A DNA stretch of 64,000 nucleotides from the NCBI GenBank assembly GCA_046563655.1, contig CM102290.1, positions 4,464,001-4,528,000 on the forward strand. The letters are read 5' to 3'. The translations under genes were made by a program, and so were the position numbers. Positions 63,228 to 64,000 of this stretch are shown piece by piece. Each line of letters starts with the position of its first letter. Position 1 is the stretch's first letter. The stretch comes from Yuukianura sp. NJ FZ-2021. Taxonomy: Eukaryota. The notes under the pieces were generated by a model. The model had not been told where the DNA came from. It made no database searches and saw nothing but the letters and a program-made list of their open reading frames with translations.

Positions 63228-64000
63228 ATGGAACTACTGGGCTTCATACGGACTTTGCTTCTAGTCATTTCTTTCCACATTGCACATTCTCAGAGCAAAA
63301 TTGACGCTGAGATCTGGAACTATTTTGTTTCCAAATATTCCAATGGAACTGGACGAAGTTACTTAACGTCATCGGAGGTCGCAACGCTCATACGCCAGCA
63401 TCAAAACTCTACCAGCAATTGTCAACCATGTCAATCAACTGTCGTCCAGCCAAATACGTCCACTACAGCAACTTGTGCTCTCGTTGCCCCACTGGAATCT
63501 CAAATATTTGATTTGACCTCATCTTGTTCTCAAATCCTTTATGCAATTGATAATCCGAATTGTTGGTCTTCAATTCCAACGTCTAACAAAGGTGCTGCTG
63601 CTGCTAGTGACTTATGGCCTGACGTGAAACCCGAAGGTACTCCAGTTGGAACTCGAAATGAAGATGCCCCACCCAAACCGTCGGCGGGGGAAGTGTGGGG
63701 GTACGGAATACTGCTGGTCACCGTAATTAGTTGCAGCTCCTTGGCTGGAGTAAGCGTTATGCCGTTCATGGGAAAGAAATTGTACAAAAATATTCTCACG
63801 ATGCTAATTGGACTGGCTGTCGGATCACTTACTGGAAGCTCCATATTTCATCTCATTCCCCAGGTATGTAGTAATCATCTTTAATCAATGCGTGAACGTG
63901 TGTTTCTATTACATATGTAAGATTACGCCTGTGTTGTTTTACAGGCGTATGGACTTTTTGAACGCACTGGTTCGCACAATTACCTGTATACTTCTCTAGT
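63228..64000 (+). CDS. LIV-1 subfamily ZIP metal transporter, ZIP8/ZIP14-like (SLC39A); 5' part, runs off the window
   Basis: Signal peptide MELLGFIRTLLLVISFHIAHS and an ectodomain, then PSAGEVWGYGILLVTVISCSSLAGVSVMPFM..LIGLAVGSLTGSSIFHLIPQ. Exon 63228-63863; the next exon starts at 63945 (AYGLF...). Confidence 0.88.

Overview
Gene-dense, intron-rich eukaryotic DNA, very probably arthropod (insect-type dopamine transporter, many 60-100 bp introns). Ten host protein-coding genes can be assembled from splice signals and motifs. In order: dopamine transporter DAT (+), EF-hand/coiled-coil/Rab protein RASEF (-), a CD2BP2 homologue that stops before its GYF domain (+), an orphan 739-aa protein with 31-aa tandem repeats (+), a tandem-GAF PDE11-type phosphodiesterase (-), ATP23 (-), a YTHDC2/Bgcn-like DExH protein with degenerate catalytic motifs and no YTH domain (+), a C12orf56/DUF4551 homologue (+), a Rab29/32/38-subfamily GTPase (-), and the 5' part of a ZIP8/ZIP14-like transporter (+). 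Mobile DNA includes an 873-bp foldback element with an 8-bp TSD nested in an older MITE, and a 1658-bp Tc1-type element made of two 5' ends (644-bp inverted arms, TA TSD). The leading candidates for new biology are the Tc1 hairpin/truncated-transposase locus (possible silencer of its own family), the pseudo-helicase, the GYF-less CD2BP2 and the orphan repeat protein. Smaller observations are two perfect IR1 ecdysone-response-type palindromes, two GC-AG introns and a pre-miRNA-sized hairpin. All homology calls come from recalled family motifs; no database search was run, and exon boundaries were read by eye.
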